DNA of 64,000 nucleotides from Bdellovibrionales bacterium (GTDB taxonomy: Bacteria; Bdellovibrionota; Bdellovibrionia; Bdellovibrionales; UBA1609). Below are positions 28,008-37,205 of this stretch, one piece after another. Position numbers and translations under genes: made by a program. How positions within the stretch are numbered: the first letter of the stretch is position 1; every line of letters starts with the position of its first letter. Where the stretch lies: assembly GCA_050246815.1 (NCBI GenBank), contig JBFWVI010000001.1, positions 56,127-120,126 on the forward strand. Reading direction: 5' to 3'. The notes beneath the pieces were generated by a model, which was not told the origin of the DNA, ran no database searches, and saw only the letters and a program-made list of their open reading frames with translations.

Positions 28008-28781
28008 TTGAGCGATTCAATTTTGCATGTTTACAAAAAATATCTGCCCGAGGGGGCTCGACTTCAAAATCAAGTCAGAGGCTTTGCCACGCTGACGGTC
28101 TTAAGCGACCCGCACCAACCGCTTGGTTTTGGTTGGCATCAGGATTCGCGTTTGGCCAGCCTGATGGCGATTGGGCACCACTTGCGCCGCCGCCTACCCG
28201 AGCTTTTGGCCTTACCCATGATGCCAAATGGATCCTGGGCTTACGCCGTTCAACGTGCGGACGCGCGAACCGCTAGCATTTTGCGGGCGGTGAAGGCTTG
28301 GGCCCTGAACCACGTGCGCGGGCATCAGCCAATTTTAAAAACGCAAAACATCACGGATGTTTTACCGCTTGAAACGTTACGGGAGTGGTTGCCAGATGCA
28401 AAACAAGCCTGGGGCTGGGGCGCACCCATTTCATTTTTTGAGGCCGAGGCTGGTATTATGCATCTGCAGTTTGGCCTGCTGATGGTCGAGGATGGCCAAG
28501 GTTTGGCGCATTTGGCCAGTGGCGTCAGTATGAATAATGACTCGCCGTGGATTCAGGCTTTGATGGAGCTGTGGTGGCAGCGCCAGGGGTTGCAAAAAAA
28601 TCGAAATAACGATTTGATCGTTCGCCTTATGACCAGTTCGGGCACTTTGCCTTGGCCGGGGCTCAGGATCAACATGATCCAAGGCTATGATCTGGCGCAA
28701 ATTCCCGGAGATTTGCCAGGGCATTTGTGGTGTGCATCCGCCGAAGGTGGGGAGAATGAACAGGCACCCACCTTCAACTAG
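28008..28781 (+). CDS. Hypothetical protein, possibly a degenerate YcaO-like fold
   Basis: GFGW..ASLMAIGHHLRR, PNGSWAYA..ARTASILR and ASGVS..QALMELWWQ loosely echo YcaO segments. Confidence 0.45.
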   Translation: MSDSILHVYKKYLPEGARLQNQVRGFATLTVLSDPHQPLGFGWHQDSRLASLMAIGHHLRRRLPELLALPMMPNGSWAYAVQRADARTASILRAVKAWALNHVRGHQPILKTQNITDVLPLETLREWLPDAKQAWGWGAPISFFEAEAGIMHLQFGLLMVEDGQGLAHLASGVSMNNDSPWIQALMELWWQRQGLQKNRNNDLIVRLMTSSGTLPWPGLRINMIQGYDLAQIPGDLPGHLWCASAEGGENEQAPTFN

Positions 28782-28818
28782 GTAAGACGGGCTCGAAACG
28801 ATTTGAACGTGAGGGGTT

Positions 28819-30063
28819 ATGCAAGAAATTTTTTTTCCCGCACTCAGTGGTGCATTGGCAGGTGCGTTGGCTGTCACCGTTTGGCGACTGCGGCAATTGT
28901 CGCGTGAGAATGTCGAGCTGTCCACAGCGCGTGGGCAAAGCGAGCAGCGCGCCGTCAGTGCCGAAGCGCAAAACCTGAATTTGCATAAGCAGCTGCAAGA
29001 TCAATTCCAAAACCTTGAACAAACCAAACGGCAACTGCACACCGAATTCGAAAATCAACACCGTCGTTTTTTGGAGGAAAGCCAAGAGCGAATGCAGCGT
29101 TGGTCGAAGGACTCCTTTCAGACTTTGGTTCAGCCGGTGGATCAGGAGCTGAAGCTGCTGCAAAAGCGCATCCACGAAGTTTATGACATCGAATCGCGCG
29201 AACGCTTGTCATTGAAAAATGAAATCGAATTTATGGTCAAAGCCCAAGGGCAGTTGAGTCTTGAAGCCCAATCGCTGACACAGGCTTTGCGTGGTGACTC
29301 GCGCGCCCAAGGCCATTGGGGTGAGATTGTTTTAGAGCGTATTTTGGAATCTTCGGGACTGCGCGAAGGCGAAGAATTTGTGGTGCAGGGGCGTGGCATG
29401 GGCCTGAAGTCCGAAGAAGGTCAAACTCGCAAGCCCGACGTTTTGGTGCGTCTGCCCGGTGATCGCCACTTGATTATTGATTCGAAGGTCTCCCTGACCA
29501 ATTATGAACAGCATTTGCGGGCGCAGAACGAAACTGAGCGCCAAGAGCAACTTGATGAATTCTTACGCTCAATTCGCCGTCATTTAGACGATCTGTCGGC
29601 AAAAAACTATAGCCAGCTTTATGGCGTTAATTCGCCCGATTTTGTATTGCTGTTCATGCCGACGGACGGTGCCTTCAGTCTGGCTCATCAAGCGGACCCG
29701 AATCTATTTATCTTGGCCATGGAAAAGCGGGTGGCGATTGTGTCGCCATCCTTGCTGTTTCCAAACTTGCGTACGGTGGAGGCCATCTGGCGTCAAGAGC
29801 GACAAAATCGCAATGCTGAAGAGATCGCCCGTCAAGCCGGCGGCCTTTATGACAAATTTGCTGGTTTGCTAGAGGATTTGGAATTGTTGAGCACCCACTT
29901 GCGCCGCGCCGACGAAACACGCGAAGCGCTGATGGGCAAACTCAAAGAGGGGCGAGGCAATTTATTGGATCGCGTGGAAAAATTAAGAACCTTGGGTGCG
30001 CGCACAAAAAAACGTCTGCTGGCCGAGGCAGACGCCCCGGCCGAGACAGATAGTTCACTTTAA
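28819..30063 (+). CDS. rmuC: DNA recombination protein RmuC
   Basis: QGHWGEIVLERILE, KPDVLVRLPGDRHLIIDSKVSL, SPDFVLLFMP, GRGNL. Confidence 0.95.
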   Translation: MQEIFFPALSGALAGALAVTVWRLRQLSRENVELSTARGQSEQRAVSAEAQNLNLHKQLQDQFQNLEQTKRQLHTEFENQHRRFLEESQERMQRWSKDSFQTLVQPVDQELKLLQKRIHEVYDIESRERLSLKNEIEFMVKAQGQLSLEAQSLTQALRGDSRAQGHWGEIVLERILESSGLREGEEFVVQGRGMGLKSEEGQTRKPDVLVRLPGDRHLIIDSKVSLTNYEQHLRAQNETERQEQLDEFLRSIRRHLDDLSAKNYSQLYGVNSPDFVLLFMPTDGAFSLAHQADPNLFILAMEKRVAIVSPSLLFPNLRTVEAIWRQERQNRNAEEIARQAGGLYDKFAGLLEDLELLSTHLRRADETREALMGKLKEGRGNLLDRVEKLRTLGARTKKRLLAEADAPAETDSSL

Positions 30064-32303
30064 CCGCCCGGATACAGTATTTTCATTTCTTCGATATCTT
30101 GATGCAATTTGCGCGTTCGTTCGCGCTCAGCGTCTTCGGCTCGCTCCGCCGCTTCACGCTTTTTATCAGCTTCGGTCGGCTTGGGAAGAATGCGCGTTTC
30201 AACCGGAGCCAAGACAGGCTTTTGCGCACCAGACACGGTCGTTTCACCCGCGGCCGGGTTCACAACAGGTTTCGTAGTGGATGATGCGCCATCTGCAGCG
30301 GACGGACCTTTGCCTGATTTTGTACTGTAGCGGATGATGATTTTGGAGTCAGACTTCACCATGCCGCCTTCATAGATCTTCGCAAGCACTTCGTAGGCGA
30401 TGATCACTTGGGCCTGGTTTCGGGCCGTGTCCAACTCAAGCTTCACATTGGTGCCATTGAACATATGTTCTTTGCCCGAACCGTCGCGGATCAGCACTTC
30501 AACAGTCACCGGGTCAATGTCACTGACATCCGCGACGTTCCTCATTGGGAAAATATGGTCGTACTTCATGCGGAAGTCGGCGAAGTCACCGATTTTGGCC
30601 AGCGCCGGGCCAAAGTTGCCTTGACCCAAATCCAAGGCTTTACCTTTACCGTAAGCGATGACGTCCAAGTAACCATGACCCATTTCGTTGTCTTTGGAAT
30701 ACTTGTCACGCTTTTGCGGAATCGATTTGTTGTCCAGATACAAGACTCCAGAAAAAATCGTTGGCATGCCGTCGCTTGAGGCCTGAACGGCATCGTGCAC
30801 GTGGCGTGCGGTCAAACGGCGTCCGTCGGCCGTGGCGGCACAAACATCGGTACGATTGAAGGCGTCGGTTTCGTTGCGGCGATCGCCTTCGGTGGCATAA
30901 TTGCCTTTGAAACCCGTGCCAGCGTAATCAAAGCAGACGTCGTTTTCATCGGCGATGAAGAACACGGCCTTGGCCGCGTTGACTCGCCAGAAGCCGCGAC
31001 GTTGCATTTCGTTCAATTTTCGCGAATCTCGTACTGCGGTGTACAGATTCAAAAGGCCGGCCTCACCTTGGGCTTCTGAAGCGTCGTTGGGAACTTTGGC
31101 CATCATTTCAGCCAAACGTTGGGCCGCAAGTTCAGCGCCTTCGCGGCGGCCCACGCTGATCACGTCTGATTTTTTCACGCCATTGCTCGGACGACCGTTG
31201 CGGGCGCGAGTGTCGGGATCGTTTTGTGAAATTTTGCCGATCACCAAGTCTTCAATTTGAATGACACTGTAATCGGTGGATTTGCTGGGTGGAGTGAAGA
31301 GCTCACCCACCAGGCTGGTTTTACTGCGTGGACCGTGGCCCAGCAGAACCGCGATGCGGTAATCCACGTCATGTGAAAGTTCGTTGATGAATTTCACCAT
31401 TTGACGGGCGATTTCAATCCGCTCTTCTTTCATCGAAGCCGACGTGTCGACCACAAACAAGATGTCGAGTTTGTTGGTGTAGGGGCGGGCGCGCAAGCCG
31501 ATCTCGGGGCAAGTCAAAACTGGTTTTTGACGTTCGACCTGCACGGTTTCAATGCTGCAATCTTTTTCGCATTTGGGCGAGAAGGGGCGAGTGCTTGGAT
31601 AGCAATCCGCACCACGGCAGGTGCTCAAAATTTCCGAACGAATCGGAGTTTGAACGCGCATGCCTGTCGGAAACACAACCTCATCCACAACCGCGACACC
31701 GGTTACGCCGAAGCCTGACGAAGGACGGCCGATTTGAATCGCGCCCCCATTGCCACCGGGTACGATGATCTGCACAGGGGCGGTTGGCTCTGGAATATAA
31801 GGAGGCGTGGCCGTCGGCGGCACAAAAATCGGCGGAGTGGTGGTGGTAGTCGGGGGAGTCGTCACGACAACAGGTGGGAGCGTCGGAGTTGTTGGGTCCG
31901 TCGGAGTCGTCGGCAGTGGCGTCACAACCGGCACATCCGGCGGCAGCGGTGTGGTCACCACAGGCGGTGGCGTCGGGCCAACTGGGGGCACCGGGGTACC
32001 CGGTGGAGTCGTGCGTGGCGGAATGACCACGGTCGGTGGCGGTGGCGGCGGTGCAGTTGGCGGAATCACCACACCCGGAGGTGGCGCCAGCGGCGGAATC
32101 ACCACGCCAGGGTTCGGTCCCGGTTGCACTGGGGTGCCAGGAGGAATCGGGCGAACCGGGCCGCTGGGCTGAGCCGTGGGCTGAGGCGCGGGGCGATTGA
32201 CCGAAGACATGCGAGTCTTTTGACAAGCAGTTAAAGTTGTCACAGTGATGACCACCGCAAAAAAACGAAGAGTCTTATTATTAGTCATTTGTCTTGGGTC
32301 CAT
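30060..32303 (-). CDS. VWA-domain lipoprotein with long Pro/Thr-rich linker
   Basis: Lipobox LTAC; ~140 aa P/T/V-rich region; LDILFVVDTSASM (MIDAS DxSxS); IADEND. Confidence 0.8.
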   Translation of the reverse strand: MDPRQMTNNKTLRFFAVVITVTTLTACQKTRMSSVNRPAPQPTAQPSGPVRPIPPGTPVQPGPNPGVVIPPLAPPPGVVIPPTAPPPPPPTVVIPPRTTPPGTPVPPVGPTPPPVVTTPLPPDVPVVTPLPTTPTDPTTPTLPPVVVTTPPTTTTTPPIFVPPTATPPYIPEPTAPVQIIVPGGNGGAIQIGRPSSGFGVTGVAVVDEVVFPTGMRVQTPIRSEILSTCRGADCYPSTRPFSPKCEKDCSIETVQVERQKPVLTCPEIGLRARPYTNKLDILFVVDTSASMKEERIEIARQMVKFINELSHDVDYRIAVLLGHGPRSKTSLVGELFTPPSKSTDYSVIQIEDLVIGKISQNDPDTRARNGRPSNGVKKSDVISVGRREGAELAAQRLAEMMAKVPNDASEAQGEAGLLNLYTAVRDSRKLNEMQRRGFWRVNAAKAVFFIADENDVCFDYAGTGFKGNYATEGDRRNETDAFNRTDVCAATADGRRLTARHVHDAVQASSDGMPTIFSGVLYLDNKSIPQKRDKYSKDNEMGHGYLDVIAYGKGKALDLGQGNFGPALAKIGDFADFRMKYDHIFPMRNVADVSDIDPVTVEVLIRDGSGKEHMFNGTNVKLELDTARNQAQVIIAYEVLAKIYEGGMVKSDSKIIIRYSTKSGKGPSAADGASSTTKPVVNPAAGETTVSGAQKPVLAPVETRILPKPTEADKKREAAERAEDAERERTRKLHQDIEEMKILYPGG

Positions 32304-32367
32304 ACCTTTGCCTCCGCAAAAGTTACCGGGTCTCAAGTAAATTCTTCAGACCTTACAAGCACTCTTA

Positions 32368-32383
32368 TGCAAGCCATGGCCCA
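32368..32383 (-). promoter_or_regulatory. Possible sigma-54 promoter
   Basis: TGGGCCATGGCTTGCA (GG-N10-GC) upstream of the VWA lipoprotein gene. Confidence 0.4.
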
Positions 32384-32640
32384 GCCGCACAGACGTAAGG
32401 GAAACTTTGAAAGTGAGGTAATCTTGAATAGTTAGGTTGTTAATCAAAGGTTGATACGAGCGCTTTCCCGGCTAAGAACCAGCCGAGGTGACGCTTTTGG
32501 GCACATTTGCTTTTGAGCAGGTGGGGAGGTTCGATTTCCGGACTCAGCGTGATTCGATAGCTCGGTAATTTTAAGATTTTCGTTGGTACGGGATTGCACT
32601 TAAGCGTTCGGATTAACAAAGAAATGAAGGGAGACTAGAG

Positions 32641-32919
32641 ATGTCTAATCCAATGCGCTATATTAGGGACCTAGAAGCCGCCGGATTTCAAAGAAATCAG
32701 GCTGAAGCTCAGGTTCAAATGGTTTTGGATGCAATTGAGGGTGATCTTGTGACTAAAAGTGATTTTGCGGTATTCCAGGAACGAATCGATAATCGATTCA
32801 TTCAAACTCAAAGTCAGATTAAAGAGTCCGAGTTTCGAGTGACGACTCGACTTGGATTATTGACGGTAAGCGCAGTTTCAATTGCAGTAGCGATTCTTAC
32901 CTGGCTGATTAAAACCTAA
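32641..32919 (+). CDS. DUF1640/CCDC90-like small coiled-coil protein with C-terminal TM
   Basis: LEAAGFQRNQAEA..LVTKSDF pattern and hydrophobic C-terminus; strong GGGAG RBS. Confidence 0.75.
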   Translation: MSNPMRYIRDLEAAGFQRNQAEAQVQMVLDAIEGDLVTKSDFAVFQERIDNRFIQTQSQIKESEFRVTTRLGLLTVSAVSIAVAILTWLIKT

Positions 32920-33018
32920 TGGATCTGAAGTCCACATAGCTACTTTTGACCAAGCTTTTCGAACCGAACCTTTGCTCGCCTTCAGGCCATGAAGCCTCTT
33001 GGCGATTGCCAACTTTAG

Positions 33019-34071
33019 TCACTTCTGTCGTGAAGCGGGTTGGCCAAGCAGGCCAAAATCAAACTCAAAGGCATCGGGCTCGATCGGGAGTTTTGTTTTC
33101 AGCACACTGAAATAAACCTGTTCGATCGAGGCCTTTAAATTCATGCGAAAGCGAAAGGCCTCATCATTGGGCAGGACAGGCTCACCGCTGCGCATCGCGC
33201 GCAGCAAAGCCCAAAACATCGGATGGCGGATGGTCACTTGATCGACCTGAGAATTGTGGTGAATACGATCATCCCACAAAAAAGGAGCCTCTTTATCGTA
33301 CTGTTTATTCAAACTTTCGGACTGATACTGGCCATTGCGTTGCTCGGTGGGGGTGGCGATTTGACCTTGTTTTTCGGTCACATGTTCAAGCAGCAGCAGG
33401 CGGCGGATCTGAATGCCGATGGGAATGAACTGGCCTGCCAGCGGACGGGGGCTTTTTTCTTGCACCACGTTTTCAAATGGATGCTGGTGCACGCGCCACA
33501 GACGCAAAGCGGTGATGGCCTCAGGCGCATCGGGGCGAGTGGTGGATTTTAGGCCTTTGAGCACGGTTAAATAATCAAAGTAGGTGTAGCGGGCTTCACG
33601 AATGCTGAGATCGCGATTCATCTGCAAATGAATTTTTAAAAGCTGCATGCGGGTTTTCATGTTCAAATGAATACCTCGCGTCATCTGTCCCAAGCTTTCA
33701 AAGGGTCGGCGGCTTAAAAATGCCATCATGAATTCAGGCGAAATCGGGCGTTGTGCCTGGAAGCTGGCATTAAATGCCATCAAAGCCAGACGGTCCTGCT
33801 GCTCGGGCGTCAGCTCTTTCACCATGCGACTGGCCTTGAGCAGTTTTGTAAAACCATCCAGCCGACTGGCGTGGTTTTGATAAGGGGTTTTGATTTCAGT
33901 TTCGTGGACAAACAACAGCTGGTCACAGCCAAAAGGGACTTCGATGGCTTCAAGTGGGGCGTCGAAATTCAGCGGCATTTGCTCTTGGTTGGCAAAGGCC
34001 GTGGGGCAAATCCACACGCTCGCCATTGCCATCAGCCATTTGCTCAAACCAAGACCGCCACGTTTCATCAT
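33019..34071 (-). CDS. Exported hypothetical protein
   Basis: 350 aa ORF starting 4 nt after the upstream VWA gene; signal-peptide-like N-terminus. Confidence 0.65.
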   Translation of the reverse strand: MMKRGGLGLSKWLMAMASVWICPTAFANQEQMPLNFDAPLEAIEVPFGCDQLLFVHETEIKTPYQNHASRLDGFTKLLKASRMVKELTPEQQDRLALMAFNASFQAQRPISPEFMMAFLSRRPFESLGQMTRGIHLNMKTRMQLLKIHLQMNRDLSIREARYTYFDYLTVLKGLKSTTRPDAPEAITALRLWRVHQHPFENVVQEKSPRPLAGQFIPIGIQIRRLLLLEHVTEKQGQIATPTEQRNGQYQSESLNKQYDKEAPFLWDDRIHHNSQVDQVTIRHPMFWALLRAMRSGEPVLPNDEAFRFRMNLKASIEQVYFSVLKTKLPIEPDAFEFDFGLLGQPASRQK

Positions 34072-34074
34072 CGC

Positions 34075-35592
34075 CTACTTTTTGCCGGCTTCGTTGTAGG
34101 CGTAACGGATCACGAGTGAGGCGCCCTCTTGGATCCACTTTTTCTTGTAGGCCATTTGCAAGGCCTCATAGGCGATGATGACTTCAGCCTTGGATTTTTT
34201 AAAATCCAAATGCAGGCGAACATTGCCGGCGGCGAAACCATGTTCTTCGCCATCGGCGGAGCGAATGCTGACCGCAACAGATTCAATGTCCAGGCGCTTG
34301 AGGTCGATATTGCCGGGAATCACGAAGCTATTTTCGTACTTCATGTGGAAGTTTGAAAAGTCGCCGATTTTGCTCAAGGATTGACCGAAATCAGGATTTG
34401 CCAAATCAAGCGAGATACCGTTCATGCCCTTGATTCGGCTGGCGGCGGCAATGAGCTCCAAATAACCACGCCCTGGCTCATTGTCGCGCGAGAACTTGTC
34501 GTCGCGGCTGGGGACTTTGTCTTCTTGGTAGTGGATGCCGGTGAAGATCACCGGTAAATCACCGCCGCGGGCATCACGCACCGTTTGTGCCACGATTTCA
34601 GGTGTCAGGCGCTGGCCATTCGCCACCGAACGGCAAACATCGCCGGCTTGAAAGGCGGCTTGCTCGCTTTTGCGGTCGCGTTCAGTGTCATAGGTGCCGA
34701 CCACGGGTTTGCCTAAACGGTGGGTGGCCTCTTCATAGTCAAAGCAAACATCGTTTTCATCGGCGATCGTCACGACCAACAAAGCCGATTGATCGCCTAA
34801 AAAGCCAGCGCGTTTCATTTCGCTTAAGCGCACACCGTCTGAAAAGGCGGTGTACAGGTTCAGCAAGCCGGCCTCTCCTTGAGCCTCAGAGCGGTCGGTT
34901 GGCAGTTGGGCCAAACGTTGAGTCAAGGCCTCTGACACGCGTTTGGCGCTGGCGACACGCTCTTCGGCTGTTGCGGCCAAGCCATTTTCGTTGCCTTTGA
35001 TCACCAATTCGCCACCAGCCTCGGCATAAAGTTGGCCGACGCGGACGCCCGCTTTTGAGCGCGGTCCATGAGCCAGCATAATGCCTATGCGGTAAGAGAC
35101 GTCGGGTGAAAGTTCAGCCACAAACTTGGTGATTTCGCGAGCCACCGCTTGATGTTCGTCGCGCATCGAGGCCGAAGTGTCGAGCACGAACAAGATGTCT
35201 AGCTGATGGGTGCGTGGCTCAAAGCGCAAGGGTTGGTCGGTGGTGTATTTGCCGTCATCCGAGATCACGGCCTGGGCGCAGTCGGCGCCTTGGCAAGTTG
35301 CGACGCTTACTTCTTCGTCAGGATTATAGACACCCCTGACCTCAGGAACGACCGGGACTGCACCCGCGGACTCGGTCGCGGGCATGGAATCGTCGTTGCT
35401 GGCCTGAGAGGGTGGAGGGGGTGCCGGTGTGTCGGCTGTGGGTTGACCTTGTTCTGGGGAAGCCAAGCCGGGGCTGGCTTTTTCTTGGGTGGCAAGGCCT
35501 GGCTCACCAGCGGTTTTCATGCGGGCTCTTTCGCAGCCCAAACCGCTGCTCAAACCCGCGATCGCCACTGACAGAATGAAAAGTTTTTTCAT
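34075..35592 (-). CDS. VWA-domain lipoprotein, paralogue of 30060-32303
   Basis: GGGAG RBS; lipobox GLGC; LDILFVLDTSASM; shares SEAQGEAGLLNLYTA, IADENDVCFDY and VIIAYE with the paralogue. Confidence 0.82.
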   Translation of the reverse strand: MKKLFILSVAIAGLSSGLGCERARMKTAGEPGLATQEKASPGLASPEQGQPTADTPAPPPPSQASNDDSMPATESAGAVPVVPEVRGVYNPDEEVSVATCQGADCAQAVISDDGKYTTDQPLRFEPRTHQLDILFVLDTSASMRDEHQAVAREITKFVAELSPDVSYRIGIMLAHGPRSKAGVRVGQLYAEAGGELVIKGNENGLAATAEERVASAKRVSEALTQRLAQLPTDRSEAQGEAGLLNLYTAFSDGVRLSEMKRAGFLGDQSALLVVTIADENDVCFDYEEATHRLGKPVVGTYDTERDRKSEQAAFQAGDVCRSVANGQRLTPEIVAQTVRDARGGDLPVIFTGIHYQEDKVPSRDDKFSRDNEPGRGYLELIAAASRIKGMNGISLDLANPDFGQSLSKIGDFSNFHMKYENSFVIPGNIDLKRLDIESVAVSIRSADGEEHGFAAGNVRLHLDFKKSKAEVIIAYEALQMAYKKKWIQEGASLVIRYAYNEAGKK

Positions 35593-35640
35593 CTTCGCTC
35601 CCTTATGTCGGACCATCTCAAAGGCCCAAGGGGCTGAAAA

Positions 35641-35656
35641 TGCAAATTTGCATCCA
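35641..35656 (-). promoter_or_regulatory. Possible sigma-54 promoter
   Basis: TGGATGCAAATTTGCA (GG-N10-GC), about 50 nt upstream of ATG 35592. Confidence 0.35.
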
Positions 35657-35802
35657 CTATCAGATCGAAATGATTGAGGTTTAAGGCTTTTAAAGAGCCG
35701 TTTTCGCGTCTTGGCCCATACTGGACGACCAATTTTGGCGCTTTGACATTCCCATGCGGGTTCACTAGATATCGATTCGAAGGGCCAAAAGGGAGCAAAA
35801 AC

Positions 35803-36231
35803 ATGAATGTATTTAAATGTTTAACACTGGCTTTGGGGATTTTTTTAGCAGGCCCTGGGGTTGCCGCTGAGTTGCCACTGAAGCCCACAAACAAAAAAAA
35901 TCCTCAGACGGAGCGACCGGTTCCCTTTCCCAAGATCACCTGTGCCAATTTAGAAGGGGAATTTTCGAAGCTCAAGACCATGACCAGTCAGCGCAATGAA
36001 GGGGTGGCCGGCTATATGGATGAAGTGATCGCCACCATCGACAAGTGGCACAAAGAATTGGTCAATATGGAAGGTCAAAGCGTCAACGTCCCGGTGGGCA
36101 AGTTCAGTCCGATGCTTGAAATGCAAAAGCAAATCGGCGAGTCGCAATCTGAAGTTTGGAATACCAACACAATTCTTGAAGCTCGTTTTGACGAGATGCT
36201 GGATGTTCTGCCAAGCTGTTTGAAGAAGTAG
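35803..36231 (+). CDS. Exported helical hypothetical protein
   Basis: GGGAG RBS before ATG 35803; signal peptide; two Cys flanking a helical region. Confidence 0.7.
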   Translation: MNVFKCLTLALGIFLAGPGVAAELPLKPTNKKNPQTERPVPFPKITCANLEGEFSKLKTMTSQRNEGVAGYMDEVIATIDKWHKELVNMEGQSVNVPVGKFSPMLEMQKQIGESQSEVWNTNTILEARFDEMLDVLPSCLKK

Positions 36232-36242
36232 GAGAAAACATC

Positions 36243-36674
36243 ATGGCAGGCGCACAGGCCACAGAAGTGTTCAATTGCACGGTTCCTGAGTTTTACCAAA
36301 TTATCAGTGATTATGAGAAATACCCCGAGTTCCTGGCCGAAGTAAAAGAGTGTAAGATCATCGAACGACGTGAAAACCAAAAGCTGGTCGAATTCCACGT
36401 GTCCATGATCAAGACCTTCAGCTACCGCCTTTGGATGACGGAAAAGGCCCCCGAAAGTGTATCCTGGGTTTTGGACTCTGGGGATCTCTTCAAGGTCTCC
36501 AGCGGTTCTTGGGATTTGAAGGAAGAGGCCGGCCGAACCCGTGCCACTTACAATGTCGACGCCAAATTTAAAGTTTTCGTGCCAGGGCCTGTGGCGAAGG
36601 CTTTGGTGAACGTGAATTTGCCCAATATGATGAGCTCTTATCATAAGCGAGTGAAGGCTCTTTATGGCAAATGA
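36243..36674 (+). CDS. SRPBCC/START-domain protein (RatA/Coq10-like)
   Basis: IISDYEKYPEFLAEVKEC, SGSWDL; AGGAG RBS. Confidence 0.85.
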   Translation: MAGAQATEVFNCTVPEFYQIISDYEKYPEFLAEVKECKIIERRENQKLVEFHVSMIKTFSYRLWMTEKAPESVSWVLDSGDLFKVSSGSWDLKEEAGRTRATYNVDAKFKVFVPGPVAKALVNVNLPNMMSSYHKRVKALYGK

Positions 36675-37038
36675 CAATGACCCCAAGTCGGCGGGTGAAA
36701 GCGAAGATGCCTCGGGCTTGAAAATTGGTGATACGCTTAAAAAAGTGATCACGGCGGGCATCGGCGCAGCCTTTATGACCGAAGAGAGCATTCGCAATTA
36801 TCTATCGGATTTAAAGTTACCCAAAGAGGCCATGAATCTGGTGCTGCAGTCGGCCGCAAAATCCAAAGAAGAGCTGATGAACAAAGTGGGCAACGAGATC
36901 ATCAAAGTTGTTAATAAGATTGATTTCGTCAAAGAAGCCTCACGTTTCGTCGAAGAGCACAAATTCAAAATCAAAGCCGAAGTGGAAGTCGTCAAACGAG
37001 ACTCCACAAAAGGCGATTCTTCAAGCGACTCAATTTAA
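36664..37038 (+). CDS. Hypothetical protein with phasin-like N-terminus
   Basis: LKKVITAGIGAAFMTEE resembles the PhaF/PhaI N-terminal motif; overlaps the upstream stop. Confidence 0.6.
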   Translation: MANDNDPKSAGESEDASGLKIGDTLKKVITAGIGAAFMTEESIRNYLSDLKLPKEAMNLVLQSAAKSKEELMNKVGNEIIKVVNKIDFVKEASRFVEEHKFKIKAEVEVVKRDSTKGDSSSDSI

Positions 37039-37136
37039 GACATTCACCAGGTGTTTGGTGATCAATCCGATTGCTGACTACTTTTTGGTCGTGTCTAGAG
37101 CTTAGGCGCCCGATAAGCATCTTGGCTTTTTAGAGT

Positions 37137-37152
37137 TGGCAAAAGCTTTGCT
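37137..37152 (+). promoter_or_regulatory. Sigma-54 promoter candidate
   Basis: TGGCAAAAGCTTTGCT (GG-N10-GC with TTGCT), about 55 nt upstream of ATG 37206. Confidence 0.6.
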
Positions 37153-37205
37153 TTGATATGGCGTGGGGGACTTTTTTGGGGATGACATCCCAGGGTGAGG
37201 GGAAA

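Noticed and set aside
31681..32234. Arg-rich and Gly/Val-rich ORFs and apparent repeats
   Set aside because: Alternative-frame shadows of the Pro/Thr linker; no constant repeat-spacer pattern, so not CRISPR.
32584..32598. TGGTACGGGATTGCA as a sigma-54 promoter for the DUF1640-like gene
   Set aside because: GG to GC spacing is 9 nt rather than the required 10.
36243..37038. RatA-like gene plus small overlapping gene as a toxin-antitoxin pair
   Set aside because: The partner does not resemble RatB/RnfH; a lipid-binding START protein with a phasin-like neighbour is the simpler reading.
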